A stretch of 64,000 bases of DNA. Origin: the human T2T-CHM13v2.0 reference genome, Homo sapiens. The translations under genes were made by a program, and so were the position numbers. Each line of letters opens with the position of its first letter. Position 1 is the first letter of the stretch. Below are positions 1 to 12,490 of this stretch, one piece after another. The notes beneath the pieces were generated by a model. That model was not told where the DNA came from. It did no database searches and was given only the letters and a program-made list of their open reading frames with translations. The stretch is taken from NCBI RefSeq assembly GCF_009914755.1, contig NC_060944.1, one strand, 5' to 3'.

Positions 1-192
1 CGCCGTGGAGGCCGCTTCCCCGCGCCCAGGGGAAGGGAAGGCGGTCCCGGGGCCCGCTGCGGGGTGGAGGGACCCGCGCCCCCCAGCTTCTCGGGCCCGG
101 GCCGCGGGGACCGTGCGCGCGTCCCCCTCCCGGGCAAGGCCGGGCGGCGGGCGCGCCGCGGCTTCTGGGGTCCCCGCCCTCTTGTCCGCCAT
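1..192 (-). pseudogene. TSPY26P: 5' part of TSPY-like ORF (TSPY26P/TSPYL3), annotated as a pseudogene; ORF continues beyond the left edge
   Basis: Minus-strand ATG at 192 (gcgATGG) opens 64 stop-free codons to the window edge: MADKRAGTPEAAARPPPGLAREGDARTVPAARAREAGGRGSLHPAAGPGTAFPSPGRGEAASTA. I recall this as the N-terminus of putative TSPY-like protein 3, and its position next to PLAGL2 fits. Confidence 0.8.
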
Positions 193-660
193 CGCCTGCG
201 GGAGCCTCTGGCCTGGAGGGGCTCGGGGCGCGCTGGCGACTGCGGGCTCGGCGACAGGGGCGGCTGGTGGCGGGAGGACAGTGGGAGGAAGGCTCCGCCC
301 CACGCGCCCCCCTCTCGGATGTGATTCGCCGGGGTCTCCCGCAGCCGGGGCGAGCGGCTTGGAAGCCCGGAGGAGGGGTACGGAACTGCCCGATGGGGAT
401 GCGACCGCGGGCGCCAGACGAACTGTCCCCACATTCGTTGGCGCTGGCGGTGGAGGTGGGGAGAAGTGTGTACCAAGCAAGAGTCAGCTCGGAGCAAACA
501 CCAGGGGACAGGCCCAGTCGCTGGTCCTGGACAAGTAAAACTTTCCCATCACAACCACCACGCCAGGCGATTGCTCAGTGTTCCCCATCTGCGGTGGGCA
601 GGCAGGAGTCGCCCGGCTTCCACACTCGAGTGGCGCTTTGGGGCAGTTGTAGGACACTCT
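1..660. promoter_or_regulatory. CpG island / promoter of TSPY26P
   Basis: Very GC- and CpG-rich from 1 to ~450, tapering to ~660; surrounds the minus-strand ATG at 192. Confidence 0.75.
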
Positions 661-2426
661 CGGCCTTACAGGGGATAAATTACTCAGGCACATGCAGAGG
701 GCTTAAGAGGTATCTCCTGCAAAGACTGACCAGACTGAAACTGGGAGCGGCAGATAATGGTAATTTTCTGACACACAAAGGTGATCAACACGTTCATGTA
801 GGGAAAGCAGGTGCTTGAAATATTCATGTGGGGAAAATAAGCAAGGTCAGAGTGGAAGGATCTGGGGTGAGAGAGGGTCTTAAATGCTACAAACCAGGGA
901 GCGAGTGGGCATCTGCCTGGTTTCCCCAACAGGAGTTGGTTCCTCCTGGGCTGGTTGGCAGAAGCGAGGTGGACCTTGCTTCACTTTGTGCTAGGCCCAA
1001 AGGCTACCCTTCCAAAGGTGGACTCTAGCTTGAAGTGCAGGAACTGTACCTGGCAGGCTAAGAGCTGGATTGGCCAGCCCTCTTAGTCCTCGATCCTGCA
1101 AATCTGTGTTCCTGTGGTCTCAGCTCCCAAACTGTGGCCTATGGAGGTCAGTACCTCCAATCCCCCTCCACCTCTGCGTGGAAGTCCTTGCCACCTCTTC
1201 CAGAAAGCTTTCAGCCTTTTCCTGACAAATGGATACAACAGCTCCCTCACCTGAGCCCTCAGACCTATACTGTGGTATACACTCCCTAGGGAGCAAGGTG
1301 GATTTCCTTAGGGTCCTAGCTAGGGTTTTAACCTACTGGGGTGGACAGTGAACATTTGTCAAGTGGAAGGTCAAAAATGAAGGGTCAGCCCACTTCCTTT
1401 GTACATAAAACACCTGCACTTGTTAACGGCCCCATAGGCTCTTGGCTGGACTGCAAGTGACTTGCACTGCTTGGCCATAGACACTGGCTCCAGACCACAG
1501 AAAAGCCAGTTCAGTCTGAGCCCCTGATGGGAGGATCTCAGCACAAGGGCTGGCACCCAGGATGGTGGTAACGACCTTCATTAGAGACCACCAAAGTCAG
1601 GTGAAGCTATGTAAGCCTCTCAGCAGTCTGCCTGAACCCGGTGGTTGGGCACAAGTATAGGTAAGGTCAGGTCCTAGCTGTCACCAGCTGTACACCTTGG
1701 GCAGTGACTAGGGTGAACATTTGTCCTTTCTTGGACAACCAGCATCAATTCTTCATCTTAAGAGTGCCCCAAATTTCCTTTGAGAAACCACTCCTGTTTC
1801 AGTCTTGTTGTCACTGGCATATGGTAACTGGTTTGGGGATGGCACAGAATCCCATCAAGGCCAATGAAACAGGATGCTTATTGGGGCTTCTGTGGTGAGT
1901 CCTCTCCTGAGAGCCCAGAAAGGGTTGCTTCCTTCTGGCTGGCAATGTGTGAGAATGGCAGGTCTGGAATCCAGGCAGCATTCTGCTCACTCCCACACAA
2001 AGGGGAAATCTACTTTGTAGGGCCTGTGGATGAAGTCACAACTACACAAGACAGAGCAGAGAGAAATAGGAATGCTGAGGCCAGCCATGTTGGAGCCACT
2101 GGATCAAGCCTAACCCAAAGACTGCTCTACATCTGGCATTTTCCAGTTACATGCAATTTCAGTGTTTAAAGCCAGTTTGATTTTGGCTGTCTGACTCTTG
2201 CATCCAAGATGATTAACTGATAGAATTATGCCACTTACCTCAAAGACATGCAAATATGATATTTAACTTAAAAGTACAAAGCTTATAGGTGCTGATGGGA
2301 GGGGTTTTTACTGTCTGCCCTACGCTCACCATCATCCTGGATGCTAAAGATGTCTGGAGACTCCAATTCTTCCCAATTCGAGGCTCTCTCCAACCGTTTC
2401 CCAATCAGACAGGTTCACAACTCCCA

Positions 2427-5400
2427 AACACATCATTCAGAAGTTTTTAATAAACAACTTCATTATAAAAACCTTTTTTTGAAAATGTAATTCTGTAAAA
2501 CATTGAAAAATCTACTTTAACAAAGATATGCCCTGTGCATTTTCTAATGGCACTTATACTTTACAATTAAAAACCTTGTTTTATATAAAGCCAAAAATAC
2601 TCCAAGAGGTTATTCACTGTGTTTACAAAGTGCTAGAAGATTTCTGTCTTGTACTTTTCTCTTTAAATAATCTGGAGTTACAAAAGAGTGGCTCCAAAGC
2701 CTTGACCGCTGGTAGGGAGGGAGAAGCATGAGAAGTGGTGTCTCAGGAGTTCTAGTGCCAAAGGTGGAGAGGTGCAAGTGGGAACAATCAGCTAAGGAAG
2801 TCAGCTGACACACAAAGAAATCGGACTGGAATTTTTCCAAACCCCTCTATGGAGGCACTAGGTTATCATGGTGAACACCCTTTTCCCTCGCCATAGACCC
2901 TACTCTCCAGAGGTGAAGGTCATGGCCAATTCCTTCCACAGCAGGTTCAGAGTTCCAGGAGAGGCCAGGGTGGGATCCCAGAGGAATCTGGACTTTTCTG
3001 GCCAACACCTGCCTAAGGCAAAGTTTCTTATTACATAAATATCCTTGTTAAAAAGCAAAATATTGATCCTGTACAATATAACCTGTTAAAAAAATCGTGC
3101 TTACAAACAGCTCCTAGATAAGAGGGCAGGTGGAGAGAGGACGGAGAAAACAGCTACCAAAAAGGGAGGGGGGAGTTTAAAGGACTACTAGGGAAAGTTT
3201 TAGGGCAGTGGGAGAATTCCAACTTAGGACAATATCTACGAGCAAAAAAGTAATCACACCTGCTTCCCGGATTTTCAATTAAGAAAATGCCATTTGTAAA
3301 AGGTTGGGCGGTGGGCTGGAGGGCGGGGGTTGCAGGGAACCTCATTGGCGCTCCTTTCCCTGCCTCCCACCTCAAGATGATGCAGAGATCCTTTGAGCTG
3401 ACACCTGGGCATGTCATCCCCTTACCCCCAGGACTGTACTCAGCCCTGACCAGCTACTGTGTAGGGTGGGAGGGGGACAGCTCATTGCTGGCAGAGGCTG
3501 GAGGTGGCAGGGAAAGGGGACATCACTTTTTTTCCTGGTCCCTCATTGGTCTTTGTCATATGCCATGGCTCCTGTCCTGGGCAGATGCCCCTCAGGTTCT
3601 CATGGCCTCAGTAAGCATACTGAAGTGAGTTCGGGTACTGAGTGCAGGATAAAGCTATTCTTATCCTTTGAACAACCAGGCCACTAAGGCTTTTTTTTTC
3701 TTTCCCCCCGACCCCCCAGATTTTAGGAAGGGAGGTTTAAGAAATGACTGGCTAGCTATGGTCCAAAAAAAAAAAGGTGAAGGCAGATATTATTCCTCTG
3801 TACCAGCAAAGTTCACAGTGATAGGAAAATTCCTTGTGGGTGCTGAGGACACTGAGAGGAGGAAAGGAAAGACAGGATAGATGGGAGGACACAGGAGTGG
3901 GGAAGGCAAGGAGAAAAGACAGGAGGTGGGGGCAAGGCCCCGGTTACAAAGGGTTTAAACAGTTGCTTTGCCAGTCCTATGACTTTTCCAGCATCACTTA
4001 CGGGGAGAGAGAATTCGAGGGAGGGACAGGAAAGGGCAGGCAGAGAGGAAAGGACTCCTCTAACAGCCCGGGACTTTGTATTCTGCAGCCAGAGGCCCAG
4101 TGGCCTCTGTAAACTGAGAGTGTAGGGAAGGTGGCAGTTAAGGTGAGAAGGGTTGCTGAGTCTAGTGATGAAAACCAGATACAACAAAGAGGATGGCAAC
4201 AGCGAGTCCCAACTGGATTCTCACATACCATCGCCTATAATACAAGTCCCAATAACATGCACAGCATGCAGGAGGTGGCTGCGTACCAAGGTAGACACTT
4301 TTTAAAATAAACCTTAATTAGTCCCTGGGACTCACTGAAACTAATTTTTAGAAGCAAATCATCTAGTCTGATTCTAACCTTGCCAGACATTTTAATATCT
4401 GGTGTTTTTAAAAAGGTATCCCAAGCTACCCTGCCTAAATCAAAACACACTTACTCCAAATTGCTTCTAATCAAGAGCTAGGGAGCTAAATTTTAAGGCT
4501 TTTACCTCAAACAAGGAGTACTGGCTTAGGCTGAAGCAGAAAGCTGAGTCCTGGACCTGCTCAGTTCCTGATGACAAACCAAGTGAACCTAGACAGAAGG
4601 TGGGTGAGGGAGGACTGGTAGGAGGCTGAGGCAATTCCTTGGTAGTTTGTCCTGAAACCCTACTGGAGAAGTCAGCATGAGGCACCTACTGAGAGAAGTG
4701 CCCAGAAACTGCTGACTGCATCTGTTAAGAGTTAACAGTAAAGAGGTAGAAGTGTGTTTCTGAATCAGAGTGGAAGCGTCTCAAGGGTCCCACAGTGGAG
4801 GTCCCTGAGCTACCTCCCTTCCGTGAGTGGGAAGAGTGAAGCCCATGAAGAACTGAGATGAAGCAAGGATGGGGTTCCTGGGCTCCAGGCAAGGGCTGTG
4901 CTCTCTGCAGCAGGGAGCCCCACGAGTCAGAAGAAAAGAACTAATCATTTGTTGCAAGAAACCTTGCCGGATACTAGCGGAAAACTGGAGGCGGGGGTGG
5001 GGGCACAGGAAAGTGGAAGTGATTTGATGGAGAGCAGAGAAGCCTATGCACAGTGGCCGAGTCCACTGTAAAGTGGAAGAGACAGAAGGGACATTGTGGA
5101 TAAGGAAAATTTTGGTTTGGGACACAACAATGTACCCATAGATTAGGACTTAGCTATCTACCCATTCCTAACCTTCTGCAAACTCTTCTTCCAACAATTC
5201 CACAACTTCCCGGAAAAGGGACAGGTGGGAGGAAGACCAATGAGGGGCTCAGACTTCCTCCTTTGCTATCCACACCAACCCAGACTCTGCTTCCAAGACT
5301 AATAACAACAGCTCATGATGTTCAAGGTGGGGACTAGGGGATGGGGAGGTGACGGACGTGGGCATGCCTTTCATTTCTTCCCCTCTCCAGTTCAAGAGAA

Positions 5401-6374
5401 GGATGAGGGGGTCATAATGTACTTGGAGAAAAACAGAATTGCAGACCTGTGAGAAAACTGCTCCAATCCTCTTGCCTGTCTTCTGTGGATACCGCCGAGG
5501 CAGGCAGGAACAAATGCAGTCATGGAAGATGGCAGAGACTGAAGCAGTCCAAAGTCAGTTTATTTCCCCACGGGGGAAAAATGTGACCTCAAATGAAGAG
5601 AAGTCAGCAAGCCCCGACTCCACCTTGTAAACAGGACTCCAGTTAACACCAGGTACCAAATGGTTCAGGCTGGTGCCAACTGGAATGGACTGATGGGAAT
5701 GGATTCACGGTGTGTAAACAGTGTTCACTGCAATCACTCTAAGGCTAACAGCTTGGCAAGGGAGGTGAAATGGTGTGTCTGAGGTGACTGTGTAAACGGT
5801 ACCGTTGCTGGACAACACTGACTGAAAACGGAGGTGCTGGTACAGGAGGAATGGGTGGGCGAGAAATAAAGGCCTTCTCTCCTGCCCATTGGTTGGAAGC
5901 AGGCAATGGAGCCAAGTGACCTTCTACAGCAGGGCCTGACCAACTGACTGCTGTGGGGTCTGCAGGTTGGGACCAGAAGGTGGGCTTCTTGGGCAATTTC
6001 TCTAGAGGTCATCCAAGGTGAAACCCTCTGTGTCTCCAAGAGGCCTCCCCATTCTCCAAAGAGAAGGAGGTTCTGGCGCTTTGGAGAGGAAGAGGGCCAA
6101 GTGTGGCTCCCGATTCAGGTCAAAAAAATAAAAGTAAATAATACCTGAAGTCCTACGGTATGAGATCTTTTCACGGGGTTGGGGCTCAAGGCTCCTTCTG
6201 GAATCGATCCTAGAGCCTGAACCCCCAAACCAAGTGCTCCTGTATACAGACACTGGAATTTTTTTTTTTGAACCCAGCTCTGAAAGCTCAGCTGCCTTCA
6301 TGGGGGACACAGACGGGGTGGGTACTAAGGCTCCATAACAGAGCCAAAAACTGAGCTGAGGGCCTCTGTGGGGG
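2427..6374 (-). other. PLAGL2: PLAGL2 3'UTR (~3.9 kb, Alu-free, miRNA-site rich)
   Basis: Continuous Alu-free sequence between the stop codon (6377-6375) and the ATTAAA signal. Confidence 0.8.
2446..2451 (-). terminator. PLAGL2: PLAGL2 polyadenylation signal ATTAAA (cleavage ~2425-2430)
   Basis: Plus-strand TTTAAT reads ATTAAA on minus. AU-rich sequence lies upstream and GU-rich TGTTTGGGAGTTGTG downstream on the minus strand. Confidence 0.7.
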
Positions 6375-7605
6375 CTACTGGAATGCTTGATGGAAACGAG
6401 GCAGGGTGGTGCTACTCAGGCCAGACGTGAAGACAGGAGGCAAGGAGTGCAGAGGCCCAAAGTTCAGTGGTCCCCCAGCTCCTGGGGAATCTTGAGGCTG
6501 AGCTTGCAAAGTGGTAAGCAGGGGCTGTGCCTCAGCCTGGGAGTAGCCCATGACCAGGCCTCCTGTGGCCCCAGGTGGGTTACACGGGGGCAGGTTGAGT
6601 GGAAGAAAGCCCAGTAGGTGGGAGAAGTCCACATTAGCAGCGCAGAGGGCCTCAGAGAGGTTGGCGGGGCTCTTGGCAAGCAGTGCTTCATCTAGGAGGG
6701 CCGCAGCTGCCGCCGGCTGAGGTGAGGCGGGCTGGGGTTCAGCGGATGAGAGAGACAGGCTTCCAGGAAGCTCCGCCAGAAAACTATCCACCTCCACTTT
6801 GGGCAATTTGTCGGGCAAGTATGAGGTAGATCCAAGCTGGTATTTTGGAGGGAGCTGAGCTGGGGAAGAGATAGGTGAGGATTCCAGAGGGTAGCTCATA
6901 CCCATGGGCAGCGTGTTGTGCACCAGGGAGTGTGGCACGCCCGTGCTGGGCATGGTAGGGATGTGGGCACCATACATGCCCATGGGCAACATGCCAGGGA
7001 AGGCCTTGGTCCCCATTACGTCCCGAGAGGCCATGCACAGCACAGGGCTCAGCTCTTCCTTCACACTGACTGTGGAGCTGCAGCTGAGTAGGCCTAACAT
7101 GTCCACGGGCTCTGTCTTGATCTTGAGCAGCTCCTGCGAGTGGCTCTTCTTGACATGACGCGTCAGGTGGTCCTTACGGCCAAACCGCTGGGCACAGTAC
7201 TGGCACAGGAAGTCCTTACGGCCTGTGTGCACCACTAGGTGCCGCCGTACATCCTTACGAGTATAGAACCGCCGGTCGCAGTGGTCACAGGGGTGCTTCT
7301 TCTCCTTGGCACCGCCTGCTACCCGGCGTGAGTGGGCCTTCAGGTGCTCTAGCAGGGCCTGGGTACTCTCAAAGGTCTGCAGGCACACCTTGCAGCTGAG
7401 GTCACCGCTGCTGGCAGCATGCATGGCCAGGTGGCGCCGGTAGCCCAGCTTCGTATTGTAATTCTTACCGCACTCAGAGCAGTGGAGGGCCTCTTTGTTA
7501 GGATCATGGGTCTGCAGATGGTTCCGCAGATGGTCCTTGCGGTGAAACATCTTATCACAGTACATACACTGGTGGGGTTTCTGGGCTGAGTGGGTGGCCA
7601 TGTGC
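6375..7605 (-). CDS. PLAGL2: PLAGL2 exon 3 coding part (aa 87-496): end of first intact finger, five more C2H2 fingers, C-terminal Pro/Ser-rich region
   Basis: Acceptor cccag|GCAC at 7606/7605. The ORF carries C2H2 fingers (CMYC..H..H, CSEC, CKVC, CDHC, CQYC), SUMO-type motifs IKTE (K250) and VKEE (K269), and the PLAG-family end TTLPRFHQAFQ*. 260+1231=1491 nt. Confidence 0.98.
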
Positions 7606-8229
7606 CTGGGGGTAGAGACAGGGGATAGGGGAGAAAGCAGAAAGAGGGGAGATCACAAGGGATGACTGGACAACCAAAGGTGTCCATTAACAGGAAACTA
7701 GATATAAAAACCATGGTAAAGGCTTGCAATGCAATACCAAACCAGTTATATTCTACAGATATCCTTGCCTATCTGCAAAATAATGTGTACCGACATTCTT
7801 TGCAGCATTGCTTGTAGTAGCAAAAAAAATCAGAAACAATCTGAACGTCCAATCTATCAATAGGGAACTGGTTACATAAATTATGATAAGTCCATAAAAT
7901 GACTCAACTTTTCAAAAATGAGGCTTTTTGTGTACTTACAGGGAACATGCTCCTAAGAGACAGGAAGTAGAAAAAAAGCAAGGAGGCAGAATAGTGGATG
8001 TAGACTAGGACTCTATGTGAAAAGGGGAAAAATATATGTATGTTTGCTTGTATATGGCTAAAATATTTCTGGAAGGACATACAAGAAACTGATACCAGTG
8101 GCTGCCTATGCGAAAAAGAACCGAACAGCTTATAGATGGGTGTCATGGAGAATTTTCATCGTATAAGTTTTGGTACTTTTTGAATTTTGAATTACGTGAA
8201 AGTATTTCATTTTTTAAACATTACATTTA

Positions 8230-8574
<345 letters not shown>

Positions 8575-9475
8575 ACTTCCTTATCTAGAACAAATTTCCA
8601 AGATATACAGGGCTAAGTCAAAAAAGGAAGTTCAATACAGTACATGTGATACAATCTGTTTTGAAAATAAAAAAGAAAGAGAATATACATGTTTGAATGT
8701 CTTAGGAAGGATACACAAAAACCAACCCACCAGCTGCCTTTGGGGAGAGGAATAGTGACTTCGAGTGTGAGGATCATTCATTCTTCACTGCATGCCAGTA
8801 TGTACCACTTGAATTGCTTGTCATATAAACCAGTAACACTTTAAGAAATGTTTTAATGGTATGGCACTTCAGTGTCCCTTGGTTTACCTGATCCTATATG
8901 GTTGAAAAGTGGCTCAGAATCCAGGAACTGCAATTCACAGCTCCAGAGCATATTCAGAATCAACTCAGCACCCACTGTTTGCCAGGCTCTGCATAAGCTG
9001 TGTCATTAACCTTGATCTCCAGACAAGGAAAGGAGTCTAAAAAAAAGGCAGCCCCCTCACCCTAGCAGAGGCTGAATTTAAACAGGCCTTCGGAAGACCT
9101 ATGTTCAGTCAGGTATGCAACAGCTGTCTCTCTCTCGTACAGCACTCTGTGATCCTTTCTACCTGGAGGGTATCAAACACACCCCCTGCCCACATCCCAC
9201 ATATGCATGCTCAAGAGTGCTCGTGCCTATGTGGGTTACTGTCAACCTCCTGTGATGGAACTGACGTGGTAATGTAGAGAGGGAGGTGCTGAGTGATCCA
9301 CTTTTCATTTCCCTCATTTTGCAGGTGAGGAAACTGAGGCCCAAAGAGGTCTAGCAACTCACCTAAGATCACACAGTAAATTATATGTGATGAGTCAGGG
9401 CTCCTGCCTCCTGACCCAGGACCTTTCCTGCAGCCGCCCACTGGCAACCAGATCATCATTAAGAAAGTCTAAGAA

Positions 9476-9783
9476 GGCCGGGTGCAGTGGCTCATGCCAG
9501 TAATCCCAATACTTTGGGAGGCTAAGGTGGAGGGACTGCTTGAGGCCAGGAATTTGAGATCACCCTGCACAACACAGGGAAGAGATCCTGTCTCTAGGAA
9601 ACATGCAAAAATTAGCGGGTGTGGTGGTGGTACATGCCTGTGATCCTAGCTACTCAGGAGGCTGAGGCAGGAGGATCACTTGAGCCCAGGAGTTTGAGGC
9701 TGCAGTTAGTTATAATCACGCCACTATACTCCAGCTTGGGCAAAAGTGAGACCCTGTCTCAAAAAAAAAAGAAAAAAAAGAAA
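9476..9783 (+). mobile_element. Alu (AluJ-like)
   Basis: GGCCGGGTGCAGTGGCTCA start, poly(A) tail, TSD-like aagaaag(t/c)ctaag. Confidence 0.9.
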
Positions 9784-10169
9784 GCCTAAGAGTATGGCCT
9801 TGACTGGAGTTCCCTTAACTTATAGGAGCACACAGAGAATCTAAGCACTCCTGAGGACCACAGAATTGTCAAGAGGGCAATCCTGACTACCATGCTACCC
9901 TGTTGCCTATTTTAGTCCCTTCCTATTAACTGTTTTCCAGATGAGGAACTGAGGCTTTGTGGTCATCTTGTTCATGTATTTACTTGTTTACTGTCTGTAC
10001 CCACTATTAAGACCATAAACCCAAGGAGGACCAGCACCCCCATCTGTCTGGCTCACTACTCCGCCCCTTGCACCGAGCACTGTGCCTGGTACAGAGCAAG
10101 AGCTCAATAATGTTGGATAGATGAATGGATGGTTGGATGACTGTGCATCAGGCCAATCTATCTCATTTC

Positions 10170-10916
<747 letters not shown>

Positions 10917-11224
10917 TAAGTAGGGGTTCTTGGGCTTACAAGTTTCAGAAAAGCAGCTGCCCCAGTGGGCAACAGGGAGACAGACATAGTTAAATGAGTA
11001 AGTAGCAGGCTGATTCAGTAGAAGAGGCACTGCAGGACCTCTGAAGCTGTGTGACCTTGGGTAAGTTATGTCCCTACTCTGAACCTCTACTTTAAAATTT
11101 ACAGACTGGGCCAGAAGGTCTACTTTTCCTTCTAAAGTTCGAATACTGATTCCTAACTTCTAGCTAAAATTCTGACCATCACCTGACAAAGGTGAGGAAA
11201 GCAATATTTAAAAAAAAATGTTCA

Positions 11225-11635
11225 GGGCTAAGTGCGGTGGCTCATGCCTGTAATCTCACTGCTTTGGGAAGCCAAGGCAGGAGGATCACTTGAGCCCAGG
11301 AGTTTGAGACCAGCCTGGGGAACACAGCCACACCCCCATATCTACAAAAAATTAAAAACAACCAGGTGCGGTGGTTCAAGCCTGTAATCCTAGTTACCTG
11401 GGAGAATGAGTCAAGAGAATCACTTGAGCCCAGGAATTGGAGGCTGCAGTGAGCTGATTGCACCACTGTACTCTAGCCTGGATGACAGAGCAAGACTCCC
11501 ATTTCTTAAAAAAACAAACAAACAAACAAACAAAACTCAAGGCTGCCTGACATTGGCACCCAGATCGTCACTAAGAAGGTGTAAGAAGGCCAGGTGCAGT
11601 GGCTCACGCCAGCAATCCCAATACTTTGGGGAGGC
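11225..11635 (+). mobile_element. AluJ plus short Alu 5' fragment
   Basis: Alu consensus with (CAAA)n tail; fragment at ~11587-11635. Confidence 0.85.
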
Positions 11636-11841
11636 AACCCATCAGATTCTAGTGTCTGAATCAAGCAATCTGAATCATTTTTTAGTGAGTGACTTCAACT
11701 GTTTGGCATTCAGGGTATACTTGTAGGACAAATTAACCTCCACTCTTCTGCCACAGATTAAAAACCCACACTAGGCAGAGTCTCTCTGCTTTTTCCCTCT
11801 GGGAACCTCAGGGCAGGAAGAGATATGAGAGTGTCACCTAC

Positions 11842-12101
11842 CTATACAGCTTGTATTTGGAAGCAAAAGCCTTGCCACAGTGCAGCTGAGGGCAGCTATA
11901 TGGTCTCTGCTCTGGTTGCGGGAGGCTGTGAGGCCTCAGCTTCTCCCCATTTGAGAAAGGTGTTCCCGAAATTTCACATTGGCACTTCACTTGACTCTCC
12001 GCCTCCCGGCCCCGAGGCCTGGGAACTAGTTTCCAGCCCACTTCCTCCTCCTGCTTTGCATCTTGAATCCAGGGGGGGACGCTGGTGAAAAATGTGGTCA
12101 T
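11842..12101 (-). CDS. PLAGL2: PLAGL2 exon 2 coding part (aa 1-87)
   Basis: ATG at 12101 (gccATGA) gives MTTFFTSVPPWIQDAKQEEE...YSCPQLHCGKAFASKYKLYR. Donor TAG|GTAGGT at 11842/11841; phase 2 joins exon 3 (AG+G=Arg). Confidence 0.97.
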
Positions 12102-12215
12102 GGCAAGGCTAATGGCAAAGGGCCATGTTATTGAGAAAGCCTCCCCATCCGCTCCACACAGGCTCTCAGCTCTGTCACAGCCTCCAACGCAGCTTTCAGA
12201 AAACAATCTCTTCAC
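12102..12215 (-). other. PLAGL2: PLAGL2 exon 2 5'UTR portion
   Basis: Acceptor tgatgtttcag|GTGAAG at 12216/12215, 114 nt upstream of the ATG. Confidence 0.85.
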
Positions 12216-12234
12216 CTGAAACATCAGAACACCT

Positions 12235-12490
12235 GGTGTTAGGGAGCCCAATACCATGAGAACATGGGCTCTGGAAGCAGACAGATCCCGTTCCAATCCC
12301 AGCCCTTCCACTTAGAAGCTGTGTGACTTTCAGCCAATTACTTACTTCCCTGAGCTGTTTCCTCATTTATAAAATGGGCATAATAATCTCCTAAATTATA
12401 AAAATGTTTTGAGGATTAAATGAGATCATGAATATAAAGCATTCAGCAGAAGGCTGGGCATCCATTAAGTGCTTAGTGGTAGCTACTATT
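12235..12490 (+). mobile_element. MIR SINE
   Basis: MIR core ...gctgtgtgactttcagccaattacttacttccctgagctgtttcctcatttataaaatggg... Confidence 0.7.

Noticed and set aside
5-818. Plus-strand GC-rich ORFs of 177 and 183 aa
   Set aside because: GTG starts, low-complexity Ala/Gly/Arg/Pro content; stop-poor CpG island antisense to TSPY26P.
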